The notes beneath the pieces are model-generated. The model saw nothing but the letters and a program-made list of their open reading frames with translations. It had not been told where the DNA came from and searched no databases. A stretch of 64,000 nucleotides of DNA from Macrostomum lignano (lineage: Eukaryota). Every line of letters begins with the position of its first letter. The first letter of the stretch is position 1. This document shows, in pieces, positions 11,616 to 24,518 of the stretch. The stretch is from positions 868,001 to 932,000 of the forward strand of contig NIVC01000067.1 of the NCBI GenBank assembly GCA_002269645.1, read 5' to 3'. The position numbers were made by a program, and so were the translations under genes.

Positions 11616-12605
11616 ATGCACTCTGCCAGTCTGCCCGACTACGTCAATGCCGAGGCCATGCAGATGCAGCAGCACCTCCAGAAGCCCGCAGGTTCATCGA
11701 CCACCGTGTCCATCTCCACTGGCAGCAGCGAGACTGACGGGGAGTCTGGCTGCTGCTGTCTCTGCTGCTGCTGCTGCTTTTGCTGCCGCGGGACCGGACG
11801 GAGCGAACTGGACGAGCGGGCGGGCCGGTTCGCCAGCGCCCTGCTGCTCCTGGCAGCGCTGCTGCTGTCGGTGGATGCGGCCAGGCTGGCACTTTTCGGC
11901 TGGCACTCGGACGGCGCTTTCCTTCGCTTCAACTTCGCCGGCTCCGGCCCCGGCGTCGACTGGCCCCGCTGCGGCGGCGGCAGCGCCGGCACTCTGACGC
12001 CGCTGCTGGACAGGTCGGCGCGAGAGGCGCCAAGCTGGCTGTCCGAGGCGCGCCAGACTCTGGACAATAGTCTGCTGCTGGCCGGCCAGGCTGTCGAAGT
12101 CGGGCTCCGCCTGCCGCGGCCAAGGCAACCGCCGAAGCCGCTGGTCCTGGCATTGAACCACGCGGGCATCGCCGCGAGCGTGTGCCTGCTGGCGGCGGCC
12201 GTCCTGCCGGCCTGCCTTCGGCCACGGCGGCCCGCCCGCTGCTCGCTGGCAGCGGGAATCGTCCTGGCAGCCTCAGCCGTCGGCCTGTCGCTGCTGGCCA
12301 CGTCGGCGTGTCTGGTGAAGCTCTATTTCTTCACCCTGTGCGAGGTCGGCAGCTCGCAGGCCGAGCCGCCCCGCTACGACAGCCTCGTGCCGCCCTGCCC
12401 GCTGCTGCGCAAGGCGTTCTTCTGCGCCGAGTGCTTCAGCCTGCTGGTGCTGATCGCCTCCGCCTGCATGGCCGCCTGCCTGCTGGCCTTCCTGTCCAGG
12501 GCCGCCTGCGGCTGCGACAACCGGCGGCCAAGCCTGCGGCAGCTGCCCCGGCGTCGGCGGAATCGCAACGACGAGGGCGACGTTGGCGTGGGATTCAACG
12601 TCTGA
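11616..12605 (+). CDS. Intronless four-TM membrane protein (claudin/PMP22-like topology), 329 aa, with N-terminal Cys cluster
   Basis: Four hydrophobic segments with a large loop after TM1; CCCLCCCCCFCC before TM1; basic C-terminal tail. Acceptor CAG ends at 11603, 12 nt before the ATG. Family not determined. Confidence 0.75.
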   Translation: MHSASLPDYVNAEAMQMQQHLQKPAGSSTTVSISTGSSETDGESGCCCLCCCCCFCCRGTGRSELDERAGRFASALLLLAALLLSVDAARLALFGWHSDGAFLRFNFAGSGPGVDWPRCGGGSAGTLTPLLDRSAREAPSWLSEARQTLDNSLLLAGQAVEVGLRLPRPRQPPKPLVLALNHAGIAASVCLLAAAVLPACLRPRRPARCSLAAGIVLAASAVGLSLLATSACLVKLYFFTLCEVGSSQAEPPRYDSLVPPCPLLRKAFFCAECFSLLVLIASACMAACLLAFLSRAACGCDNRRPSLRQLPRRRRNRNDEGDVGVGFNV

Positions 12606-12654
12606 TTGGAGCGGATGGGGAGTCGCTCAGTAGATTTAGATGCACTTTAAAGCC

Positions 12655-13086
12655 TGGATTGCTAGACTATGATAGGGATTGCTAGTCTATATGATATGGA
12701 TTGCTAATCTATATGATAGGGATTGCTAATCTATATGATAGGGATTGCTAATCTATATGATAGGGATTGCTAATCTATATGATAGGGATTGCTAATCTAT
12801 ATGATAGGGATTGCTAATCTATATGATAGGGATTGCTAGTCTATATGATAGGGATTGCTAGTCTATATGATAGGGATTGCTAATCTATATGATAGGGATT
12901 GCTAATCTATATGATAGGGATTGCTAGTCTATATGATAGGGATTGCTAATCTATATGATATGGATTACTAATCTATATGATATGGATTGCTAATCTATAT
13001 GATAGGGATTGCTAATATATATGATATGGATTACTAATCTATATGATATGGATTGCTAATCTATATAATGTGGATTACTAATCTAT
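12655..13086. repeat. 22-bp minisatellite (GGGATTGCTAATCTATATGATA)n
   Basis: About 19 tandem copies immediately after the stop codon of the 4-TM gene. Confidence 0.95.
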
Positions 13087-13458
13087 TGCAAATTAAATTC
13101 AAAATAGTACAGGATTTCAGTCTCTAACCAAAAATAAGTACATAATGAAAATTTATACTTCAACAGTCCTCTGAGCAGACTGAGAATTCACCAACGCACA
13201 GGCGCCAGTTAAACAAACCCGTTTAGCTCATAATGGTTTCAAATTGCATTCATTGCAGCAAAGCCTTCCCACAAGAACTGCACTGTATGTACCGCAACTG
13301 CTTGCCGATGCATGATTGCTTCTCAGATACTGAAACCTCATCAACTGACGGTCATAATGCTTTTCTGTCCGTGTTTGTCCACTTGCGATAAAGCGCTGTG
13401 CATTGCCTTTCTCTTTTTTGAGATATAAATTGGGTTCTATTTCCAGCAACTGGGACTA

Positions 13459-14212
<754 letters not shown>

Positions 14213-14394
14213 CCAACTCTACAGCATGCTTGGCTAAGCTCCTAATCAATACGCTCGTATAGGGGAATGAAGGGAATGCTCGCATATCTAAGCTAATCCG
14301 GAGTGTTAAGGCGAGGAGGCGCCTGCCCGCATCTCAGGAATCTCAGGGCCACAGTCGGGTGGCCCTGCTTCGCTTGGGACCCTACACGGTGATC

Positions 14395-14505
14395 GTGTCT
14401 GTGACCGTGTCTCTGACCGTATCTGTGACCGTGTCTCTGACCGTGTCTCTGACCGTGTCTCTGACCGTGTCTCTGACCGTGTCTCTGACCGTGTCTCTGA
14501 CTGTC
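14395..14505. repeat. 12-bp tandem repeat (GTGTCTCTGACC)n
   Basis: About 9 copies. Confidence 0.9.
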
Positions 14506-15002
14506 TGAAAAAGACAGGAAGCGTTTCCCTGCTGGAGAATAGCAAACTCATCTAGCGGTACAACCAAACCACTTGCCAAATGCACTTTTCCTGGAGCTCA
14601 GGCTTCACGCGGCGACTTCCTAATTTTCATTCTTTTGCGTTGCGTGCCCTGCGAGCCAACCTAGCATATTTTTCGGCAGCCAATAAATCAATCCGGCCGC
14701 TGGAGCTGTTCCTGCCTGCTTGCGGCTGAAACTCTCTCTGCCTTCAACAAGGCGGCCGCTTCCTCTCTGCAGCCGCCTCTGCTGCTGCTGCTGCTGCTCC
14801 CCTTAATTGGCCAAGATAAATATCAGCGGCATTGATTGAGGAAAAGAGCGATGCAGCGATCTGGGAAGACTTTGTGTTGACATTGGGGATGCTGGGAGAG
14901 TGCGGCCGTCATTGTGCGTGAGTACTGCGAGTTGGGAGCTTGCGGAGTGCACTGCTGATCATGGTTTGATCTGGGGTTCTCTGAGGCCTCTGTAGGAGAG
15001 AG

Positions 15003-15364
<362 letters not shown>

Positions 15365-15742
15365 GCAGACAGACGGACAGACAGACTTGCACAGCTACTG
15401 TATTTATTAATGAGTCTCCAGCTCACAATTTGCATATGCATGAGCAGCTCTATAACAGCCATAACCAGATTAATGCACAAGAGATGGGCAGCGGCTATTC
15501 AGACTCATCGCTGATGGCGCTGGCACTCATTATTTAGCATGGCAGACCAAGGATGTCGCCATAGGAGTAGAGCCTCTTTGCATTCCGCTTATTTAATCAA
15601 TGATTTCTGATGGCAGTGCCCAAAAAAATTTATTCAGGAGACGGAGAGTGGGCGAGAAAACACTGCATGCTGCTTCTTACCGGATATTGTGAATATTCTC
15701 TGTCAGCGCATTGAGCTCACTTTTAAGGATAGAGAACGTGTT

Positions 15743-15794
<52 letters not shown>

Positions 15795-17173
15795 TGCATT
15801 AGGCATTTATTGGGACAAGCGTGTATAAACTGACCCGTGCTATTAGGACCAAAAATGTGTTGGGCCAGGCCCAATAAGTGCGTCCCGACACTTCCAAAAA
15901 TGAATTCTATTGAAATGAAAAAATATTCATTGGAACCGTCTTTCGATTCTCCTTTCAAAAATCAATGTCATTTTTTCATATTTTTAATCAAACACGGGGA
16001 ATCTAATGATTTGCAGTGTCCTAAGAAGTTTAAAAAATTATGCGAACTGATGGTCTGATCCAACAGAACAATTGGGTCTCAAATCGGAATTCTCGTTTTA
16101 TTACAATATTTCTTACAATATCAAGAAAGTCTACTACAAGTAACAGATAGAGGTTCTCCACAGGGCTGCCAATCGACACTTGAAAGGATCCTGACATTTG
16201 GCATCGTGTTTACTATAAAATATGAAATAATTTAATAAAGATTTAGAATATTACAATCAAGCATACAAACCTTATAGATTTAGTATATTTAGATTTTTGC
16301 ATAGAAACAGCTAGCATCTAAATTCATTAGCTTCCAATTTCACTTATACACGAAACATGGCAAATTAAGGTTACATCCGCCTGTGCCCTCGGCCATTTTA
16401 ACTGAAATTCTCGTTTTCAGTCAGCTGCATTAATCTATTTGTCATATGTGAATGGGTATTAACTGACTCAAGTTAGTGACTGGAGGCCATTAACGTAAAG
16501 TGACACTTTGAGTGAGGTAGTTTTCCGGTGGAAATTCTCACAGTCTTATGAAGCGCTTTTAGAGCAAAGAAATAAAGGGCAAAGAAAAACTTTGCATTTC
16601 CCGAGAAAACCGAGGACGAGTATTAGAGGGAAACGTTTAATCTCTAAGGCTTTAAATGACTTCCTTATTGGCCTGGGTTTGGGCAGCCATACTATGTAGC
16701 AATTTTTCCTAGAATTATGATAATTATCGTCTGGTGTACTGAAAAGTACGGAGATACGAAGAAACTTAAGATGACTGCATGGACTGCTAGCACATGTTTG
16801 AGTGTCACTGTCACTGTAAAGTCTAAATCGATGACTAGTTGGCCCAAAACTACTAGGCCTTCCTGAAAAACAATTCTGCTTATCTTGGATCGTAAAGATA
16901 AACCCACGTACAGAGCAGAAGTGTTAAGACAAGCGTGTACAAGACCCAGGCAATCCCTTACCCAGGCCACGTGTACATTCCTATCGCGGCGGGGGGAAGC
17001 GGGGAGGAGAGGCGGGCGCAAGGGAGTCAGGATAAAGTTTACACTGAAGTTGAGGCCTACAAGAGGAAGAGCCAATTCTAACGGAAAGGTACATGTAGAA
17101 GTTCCCTTTGACAAACGGCGTACTGCATATGTTCAAACGAATATAATTCATTTGCGAGACCTGCACTACACAG

Positions 17174-17679
17174 ACAAAATGTGCCACGTCACAAGAGTTT
17201 CCATGCATGACCTGGCATGAAAAGACTTGGCTAGGAACCATTACACATATGTAAGTAGAATTTAAAATTCTTTTTAAAATTTTATGATTAAATAAAAACT
17301 TAACCGGAATTTACATATGTACTTTTCTAAAATTCCAGATACGTTGATATCGATAAGCTACCGTTTTCTTCTATAACAAACATATTTGCCTTCATTGTCA
17401 AGTAAGTCTTGTCTCGTACTCGTATATGTCGTATTTTTTGTAGGTTGAAAAAAATAATAAGCAGCCTAGTAATACTCTGAGCTCAGTGAAATATAAGAGA
17501 GGCGGGACGATCACCTTATTTATCAATTAATTTACAACAGCCAGTTGAGCAATCATAAGTAGGCAAAATTTACACTTCTAGGAAGAACAAATTTTACTAA
17601 AAGTTTCAATCAAAACATTTGGGAAAGAAATCTCGCACGACACATCGCCCACAGTACTAGAGACTTGGAGAAATACTAT
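17174..17679 (+). CDS. Candidate chain of three short exons (17174-17250, 17339-17401, 17655-17679)
   Basis: Each has a CAG acceptor and a GTAAGT/GTAAGT/GTGAGT donor. Phases 0-2, 2-2, 2-0 join without a stop: TKCATSQEFPCMTWHEKTWLGTITHIYVDIDKLPFSSITNIFAFIVNTRDLEKYY. Confidence 0.4.
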
Positions 17680-18238
17680 GTGAGTTTTCTGGGCAACTAA
17701 TGTAATATATTACTGTTATAATTCGATAGTCGAATTATTTTTTTACCCAAAGCAGTGCTATTGCATAACTAAAGAACAGTATAAAAATGACAGCATTCTA
17801 GAACGAGAAACAAAGCTTACTGCAAAGGCAAACGCCGAAAGAAAAGCAGGGCAGAGTCAGCAGCAAAAAAGAAGCTCATCTGAATGGAAAGATGGGCGGT
17901 CAGCAAAGAGATAGGATCTCAAAAAATTGCAACTCCTAGTAACTGAAACTCAATTGCAATAAGTGTTTTGTTCTCTAGGGCATTATTAAAACAAGCAAGC
18001 CTGCCTGCAGTCAGCTAGTGAGAAAGTAAGTTGTTGCGGCACTATCGGGAAAGTGAAAATTGTACTCCATCTGACTCACACAAGCAGCAGCGTTGGGACA
18101 AACCTCGAGTATTTTAATTGTACAGTAAAATTTCATTGACAATGAAGCATTTATTAGAACAGCGACATTTAAATCTGTTTTCAAACAAATCAGACCGATT
18201 TCTCATGAGTTATTTTTCTTTTGTGCGCCCACGCACAG

Positions 18239-18300
18239 GTTCATCCGCATTCAAACTCGCCGCTGCATCCGTCATTTGGTTCACTTGCTGCTCACAAGCC

Positions 18301-18339
<39 letters not shown>

Positions 18340-18948
18340 GCTATCCGTGCAGGCAGTCAGTCTATTTGTGAATTTTCTGGTGGATCTGAAGAAAACCCGT
18401 CTGGCACAGGATTAAAGAGAAAGAGACTATCTGTTTTGGGTGAGTATTATCTGCTGTAGAAGTATTGTACACCAGAGTACTTGTGTTACCTGATAGAGCA
18501 CAATTCAAAAGCAATGCAACAATCTCAGTGGCATTGTTGGGACACAAGCTACAAACGCAAAGAATAGTAAACACAGCCCAGCCTAGCTCAAGGCTAGTAA
18601 TTTGTTGGGCATTTATTGGGACATTGCAGCCAGGCCTATTTTTTGAACAGCATTTGTTGGGTCGCACTTATTGGGACAATACTGATTCTAATCGCGACTA
18701 CTTCTGAGTTCTGACTTTTCAAAACAGACCCAGCATTAGTTGAACACGTTCTATTAAAGGGTTCCTTTATAGCCTATTAATGATTACTAAAGCAAGCCTA
18801 TCTTAATTGATTTCTTTTCCTCGCAGCTTCTGAAGTCAGCAACGCCAGCGACATGCCTAAGAGACAAGAATGCGCTTTAACGATCAGCAGCGAGCATTCT
18901 GATCTCGCCGCTGCATCCGTCATTTAGTTCACTTGCTGCTCACAAGCC

Positions 18949-18981
<33 letters not shown>

Positions 18982-19590
18982 GCTATCCGTGCAGGCAGTC
19001 AGTCTATTTGTGAATTTTCTGGTGGATCTGAAGAAAACCCGTCTGGCACAGGATTAAAGAGAAAGAGACGATCTGTTTTGGGTGAGTATTATCTGCTGTA
19101 GAAGTATTGTACACCAGAGTACTTGTGTTACCTGATAGAGCACAATTCAAAAGCAATGCAACAATCTCAGTGGCATTGTTGGGACACAAGCTACAAACGC
19201 AAAGAATAGTAAACACAGCCCAGCCTAGCTCAAGGCTAGTAATTTGTTGGGCATTTATTGGGACATTGCAGCCAGGCCTATTTTTTGAACAGCATTTGTT
19301 GGGTCGCACTTATTGGGACAATACTGATTCTAATCGCGACTACTTCTGAGTTCTGACTTTTCAAAACAGACCCAGCATTAGTTGAACACGTTCTATTAAA
19401 GGGTTCCTTTATAGCCTATTAATGATTACTAAAGCAAGCCTATCTTAATTGATTTCTTTTCCTCGCAGCTTCTGAAGTCAGCAACGCCAGCGACATGCCT
19501 AAGAGACAAGAATGCGCTTTAACGATCAGCAGCGAGCATTCTGATCTCGCCGTTGCATCCGTCATTTGGTTCACTTGCTGCTCACAAGCC

Positions 19591-19623
<33 letters not shown>

Positions 19624-20871
19624 GCTATCCGTGCAGGCAGTCAGTCTATTTGTGAATTTTCTGGTGGATCTGAAGAAAACCCGTCTGGCACAGGATTAAA
19701 GAGAAAGAGACGATCTGTTTTGGGTGAGTATTATCTGCTGTAGAAGTATTGTACACCAGAGTACTTGTGTTACCTGATAGAGCACATTTCAAAAGCAATG
19801 CAACAATCTCAGTGGCATTGTTGGGACACAAGCTACAAACGCAATGAATAGTAAACACAGCCCAGCCTAGCTCAAGGGTAGTAATTTGTTGGGCATTTAT
19901 TGGGACATTGCAGCCAGGCCTATTTTTTGAACAGCATTTGTTGGGTCGCACTTATTGGGACAATACTGATTCTAATCGCGACTACTTCTGAGTTCTGACT
20001 TTTCAAAACAGACCCAGCATTAGTTGAACACGTTCTATTAAAGGGTTCCTTTATAGCCTATTAATGATTACTAAAGCAAGCCTATCTTAATTGATTTCTT
20101 TTCCTCGCAGATTCTGAAGTCAGCAACGCCAGCGACATGCCTAAGAGACAAGAATGCGCTTTAACGATCAGCAGCGAGCATTCTGATCTCGCCGCTGCAT
20201 CCGTCATTTAGTTCACTTGCTGCTCACAAGCCGCAGCAGCAGCAGCAGCAGCAGCAGCAGCCGCTATCCGTGCAGGCAGTCAGTCTATTTGTGAATTTTC
20301 TGGTGGATCTGAAGAAAACCCGTCTGGCACAGGATTAAAGAGAAAGAGACGATCTGTTTTGGGTGAGTATTATCTGCTGTAGAAGTATTGTACACCAGAG
20401 TACTTGTGTTACCTGATAGAGCACAATTCAAAAGCAATGCAACAATCTCAGTGGCATTGTTGGGACACAAGCTACAAACGCAAAGAATAGTAAACACAGC
20501 CCAGCCTAGCTCAAGGCTAGTAATTTGTTGGGCATTTATTGGGACATTGCAGCCAGGCCTATTTTTTGAACAGCATTTGTTGGGTCGCACTTATTGGGAC
20601 AATACTGATTCTAATCGCGACTACTTCTGAGTTCTGACTTTTCAAAACAGACCCAGCATTAGTTGAACACGTTCTATTAAAGGGTTCCTTTATAGCCTAT
20701 TAATGATTACTAAAGCAAGCCTATCTTAATTGATTTCTTTTCCTCGCAGATTCTAAAGTCAGCCACGCCAGCGACATGCCTAAGAGACAAGAATGCGCTT
20801 TAACGATCAGCAGCGAGCATTCTGATCTCGCCGCTGCATCCGTCATTTGGTTCACTTGCTGCTCACAAGCC

Positions 20872-20910
<39 letters not shown>

Positions 20911-21561
20911 GCTATCCGTGCAGGCAGTCAGTCTATTTGTGAATTTTCTGGTGGATCTGAAGAAAACCCGTCTGGCACAGGATTAAAGAGAAAGAGACTA
21001 TCTGTTTTGGGTGAGTATTATCTGCTGTAGAAGTATTGTACACCAGAGTACTTGTGTTACTTGGTAGAGCACAATTCAAAAGCAATGCAACAATCTCAGT
21101 GGCATTGTTGGGACACAAGCTACAAACGCAATGAATAGTAAACACAGCCCAGCCTAGCTCAAGGGTAGTAATTTGTTGGGCATTTATTGGGACATTGCAG
21201 CCAGGCCTATTTTTTGAACAGCATTTGTTGGGTCGCACTTATTGGGACAATACTGATTCTAATCGCGACTACTTCTGAGTTCTGACTTTTCAAAACAGAC
21301 CCAGCATTAGTTGAACACGTTCTATTAAAGGGTTCCTTTATAGCCTATTAATGATTACTAAAGCAAGCCTATCTTAATTGATTTCTTTTCCTCGCAGATT
21401 CTGAAGTCAGCAACGCCAGCGACATGCCTAAGAGACAAGAATGCGCTTTAACGATCAGCAGCGAGCATTCTGATCTCGCCGCTGCATCCGTCATTTGGTT
21501 CACTTGCTGCTGCCAAGCTGCAGCAGCAGCAGCAGCCGCTATCTGTGCAGCAGTCAGTTAA
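18239..21561 (+). CDS. Array of phase 1-1 poly-Ala exons: 18239-18439, 18827-19081, 19469-19723, 20111-20362, 20750-21010, and terminal 21398-21561
   Basis: Every copy has a CAG acceptor (TTTCTTTTCCTCGCAG in copies 2-6); copies 1-5 end in G|GTGAGT. All five lengths are multiples of 3. Copies 2 and 4 carry TGG>TAG; the last copy ends at TAA 21559-61. Confidence 0.55.
18256..21540. repeat. ~642-bp tandem repeat, about 5.2 copies, each with a variable (GCA)n tract
   Basis: Acceptor spacings are 642, 642, 639 and 648 nt; the units are nearly identical. Confidence 0.97.
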
Positions 21562-21761
21562 TTCATGAGTTTTCTGGCGGAGCTGGTTATTTTTTTAATT
21601 TTCTGAATCGAGAAGCTGATTAACTGTTGTGTGCTTCACTGGAATATTATTTAGAGGACGCATTTTTTGCAGTCTGTTTCTAATAAAATCCGGTGCAATG
21701 ACCGCGGTAGAGCTCTAGCATTTGCTTTTTATAGTATTTGTGTATATTCTTTTTCAAGCTA

Positions 21762-22166
21762 TGCTGGAATTGTTGGGACAGCCCTATCCACACTGGCTAT
21801 GGTGGAATTGTTGGGACAGCCCTATCCACACTGGCTATGGTGGAATTGTTGGGACAGCCCTATCCACACTGGCTATGATGGAATTGTTGGGACAGCCCTA
21901 TCCACACTGGCTATGATGGAATTGTTGGGACAGCCCTATCCACACTGGCTATGGTGGAATTGTTGGGACAGCCCTATCCACACTGGCTATGGTGGAATTG
22001 TTGGGACAGCCCTATCCACACTGGCTATGGTGGAATTGTTGGGACAGCCCTATCCACACTGGCTATGGTGGAATTGTTGGGACAGCTCTATCCACACTGG
22101 CTATGGTGGAATTGTTGGGACAGCCCTATCCACACTGGCTATGGTGGAATTGTTGGGACAGCCCCA
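21762..22166. repeat. 38-bp minisatellite (GGAATTGTTGGGACAGCCCTATCCACACTGGCTATGGT)n
   Basis: About 10.5 head-to-tail copies with no spacers. Confidence 0.95.
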
Positions 22167-22845
22167 TACTATAGTGTGTGCTGGCTTCTGCTATAGTGTG
22201 GTTCATTTCCGCATCCTTTTACGTAGCATTCTGTGGGTCCGAATAGCTGACATGTACCTTTTGAGTAATTCTAGTGATTGTGTCATAATCAATAAAGTAC
22301 ATTTTTATGAACAGTGGAGTTTCGCTACAGAATTGTTTTTTCCCAGTGGCACTAAATGTAGCAAATTTTGTTTATTCAGATCGTAAAATTTTTTTGATAT
22401 GTGTCAATGTCGTTTGTCTTCGATAACCTTAAAGTCCCTTGCCATTTACCATCCTGTCTTCTATAATCTATGATCGCTGAAATTATCTGGTGAAATTTGA
22501 CGCGCTGATATTATTGCCTTAGTGGAATTCAGCAAGACACCAGGGTTTTTTAATTCTGTTTTAGACAAGTATACATGTACAATCTGTTGTGAGTTCAATG
22601 CACCTCGAAAAATGCTTTCCAACTGTTTTCAGTAAGCCAAAAGCATGTTGTCAATAAAAATCTATTTGGTGGGTTGAAAATTGCCTGTGTGGGGACGTGT
22701 GTGTGTGTGATTTTTCGTGTGTCGGAGCAGTCCCAATATGTGCAAGTTTTTGCACACTTGGCCAATAAGTGCCTCGTGCACGTTTGTGTGTGTGTGTGTG
22801 TGTGTGTAGGATTTGTGAAGCGTGAGACTGATTTGAGGATGTAAG

Positions 22846-24518
22846 AGCGGAGAGAGTGGGAGAGAGGAGAGAGCGGGAGAGAGGAGAGAGTGAAAGAGAG
22901 GGGGTGGGAGAGAGGAGAAAGTGGGAGAGAGGCGGAGTTTGAGAGAGAGGGAGTGGGAGAGAGGAGGGAGTGGGAGAGAGGCGGAGTTTGAGAGAGGGGG
23001 AGTGGGAGAGAGGGGGAGTGGGAGAGAGGCGGAGTTTGAGAGAGAGGGAGTGGGAGAGAGGAGGGAGTGGGAGAGAGGCGGAGTTTGAGAGAGGGGGAGT
23101 GGGAGAGAGGAGGGAGTGGGAGAGAGGCGGAGTTTGAGAGAGAGGGAGTGGGAGAGAGGAGGGAGTGGGAGAGAGGGGGAGTGGGAGAGAGGCGGAGTTT
23201 GAGAGAGTGGGAGTGGGAGAGAGAGGGAGTGGGAGAGAGGGGGAGTGGGAGAGAGGGAGTGGGAGAGAGGCGGAGTTTGAGAGAGGGGGAGTGGGAGAGA
23301 GGCGGAGTTTGAGAGAGGGGGACTGGGAGAGAGGGGGAGTGGGAGAGAGGCGGAGTTTGAGAGAGAGGGAGTGGGAGAGAGGAGGGAGTGGGAGAGAGGC
23401 GGAGTGGGAGAGAGGAGGGAGATGGAGAAGTTTGAAGGGATAAAGCAAGAATGTATTCTGACATTATTGGTAATAAAATATCACAAAAACGGTGCACAAC
23501 AGTCTCGCTACCAGGGTCGAACGCACAATATCTCGTATCGTTTGAAACAGTTCAACTGCCATATCGGAAGCAGTGCACTTGTAAGCGCTTAATTAATGTT
23601 TTTGCCGTATCGGACAGCGCTGAGAAAACCCTGCCTTTCATTGGGGGCCGCAGCGCAATGCGTTAGCGCTGATTGACATGTCCAAAAGGCGGACAGCATC
23701 CGAGAAAGGATTCAGTTCGCTGCACAGGTCTGCAAAAGCATTTAATCGAAGCCAGTGTAGCCTCATGTGTGTTCACAATCTGGCTTTGCTACACCCGGAG
23801 GCTCTAAGCTTCACCTAGAGATCTGCAGCTGCTAAGGATCCTTTCTACAATCTAAAGACCAAAGCCTAACATTTGCAATTTTTATGAGGGTCTGATAATG
23901 CAATAGCTGGATACACGTGTGACTGCTTTAGCTAAAGTCTTCACTTATAAAATGGAATACAAAGTGGGAGAGAGGAGAGGAGAGGGAGGGTGGGAGAGGA
24001 GAGAGAGTGGGAGAGAAGAGAGTGAGAGGGAGAGGAGAGAAAGAGTGGGAGAGAAGAGGGAGTGGAGAGAGAGGGTGGGAGTGGAGAGAGAGAGGGTGGA
24101 AGAGGAGAGAGAGGGTGGGAGAGGAGAGAGAGGGTGAGAGTGGAAAGAGAGAGGGTGGAAGAGGAGAGAGAGGGTGGGAGAGGAGAGAGAGGGTGAGAGT
24201 GGAAAGAGAGAGGGTGGAAGAGGATAGAGAGGGTGGGAGTGGAGAGAGAGGGTGGGAGAGGAGAGGGTGGGAGGGAGAGAGAGAAGAGAGTGAAAGGCAG
24301 AGGAGAGAGAGGGTGAGAGAGAAGAGGGAGAGGAGAGAGAGAGGGTGGGAGAGGAGAGAGAGAGGGTGGGAGAGGAGAGAGAGAGGGTGGGAGAGGAGAG
24401 AGTGGGAAAGGAGAGAGAGGGTGGGAGAGGAGAGAGTGGGAGAGGAGAGAGAGGGTGGGATTGGAGAGAGGGTGGGAGAAGAGAGAGAGGGTGGGAGAGA
24501 AGATGGAGAGGAGAGAGC
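22846..24518. repeat. Two GA-rich composite satellites (22846-23425 and 23963-24518)
   Basis: GGGAGAGAG/GAGTGGGAGA units; the first block has interspersed GCGGAGTTT. Confidence 0.9.

Noticed and set aside
11013-11617. ORFs of 110-173 aa upstream of the 4-TM gene
   Set aside because: Purine-rich low-complexity leader sequence with no recognisable domain and overlapping frames on both strands.
14306-14800. Possible minus-strand exons (SETR/QRHG repeats and a CAG run)
   Set aside because: An acceptor is present, but the frame cannot be chosen and the content is a 12-bp repeat.
18362-21238. Repeated minus-strand 101-aa ORF (MRPNKCCSK...) and plus-strand 80-aa ORF (MYTRVLVL...)
   Set aside because: They recur only because the unit is duplicated. 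They lack splice or start context, whereas the phase 1-1 exon has both sites.
21762-22166. CRISPR-like appearance of 31-42-bp repeat arrays here and elsewhere
   Set aside because: The repeats are head-to-tail with no unique spacers, there are no cas genes, and the context is eukaryotic.
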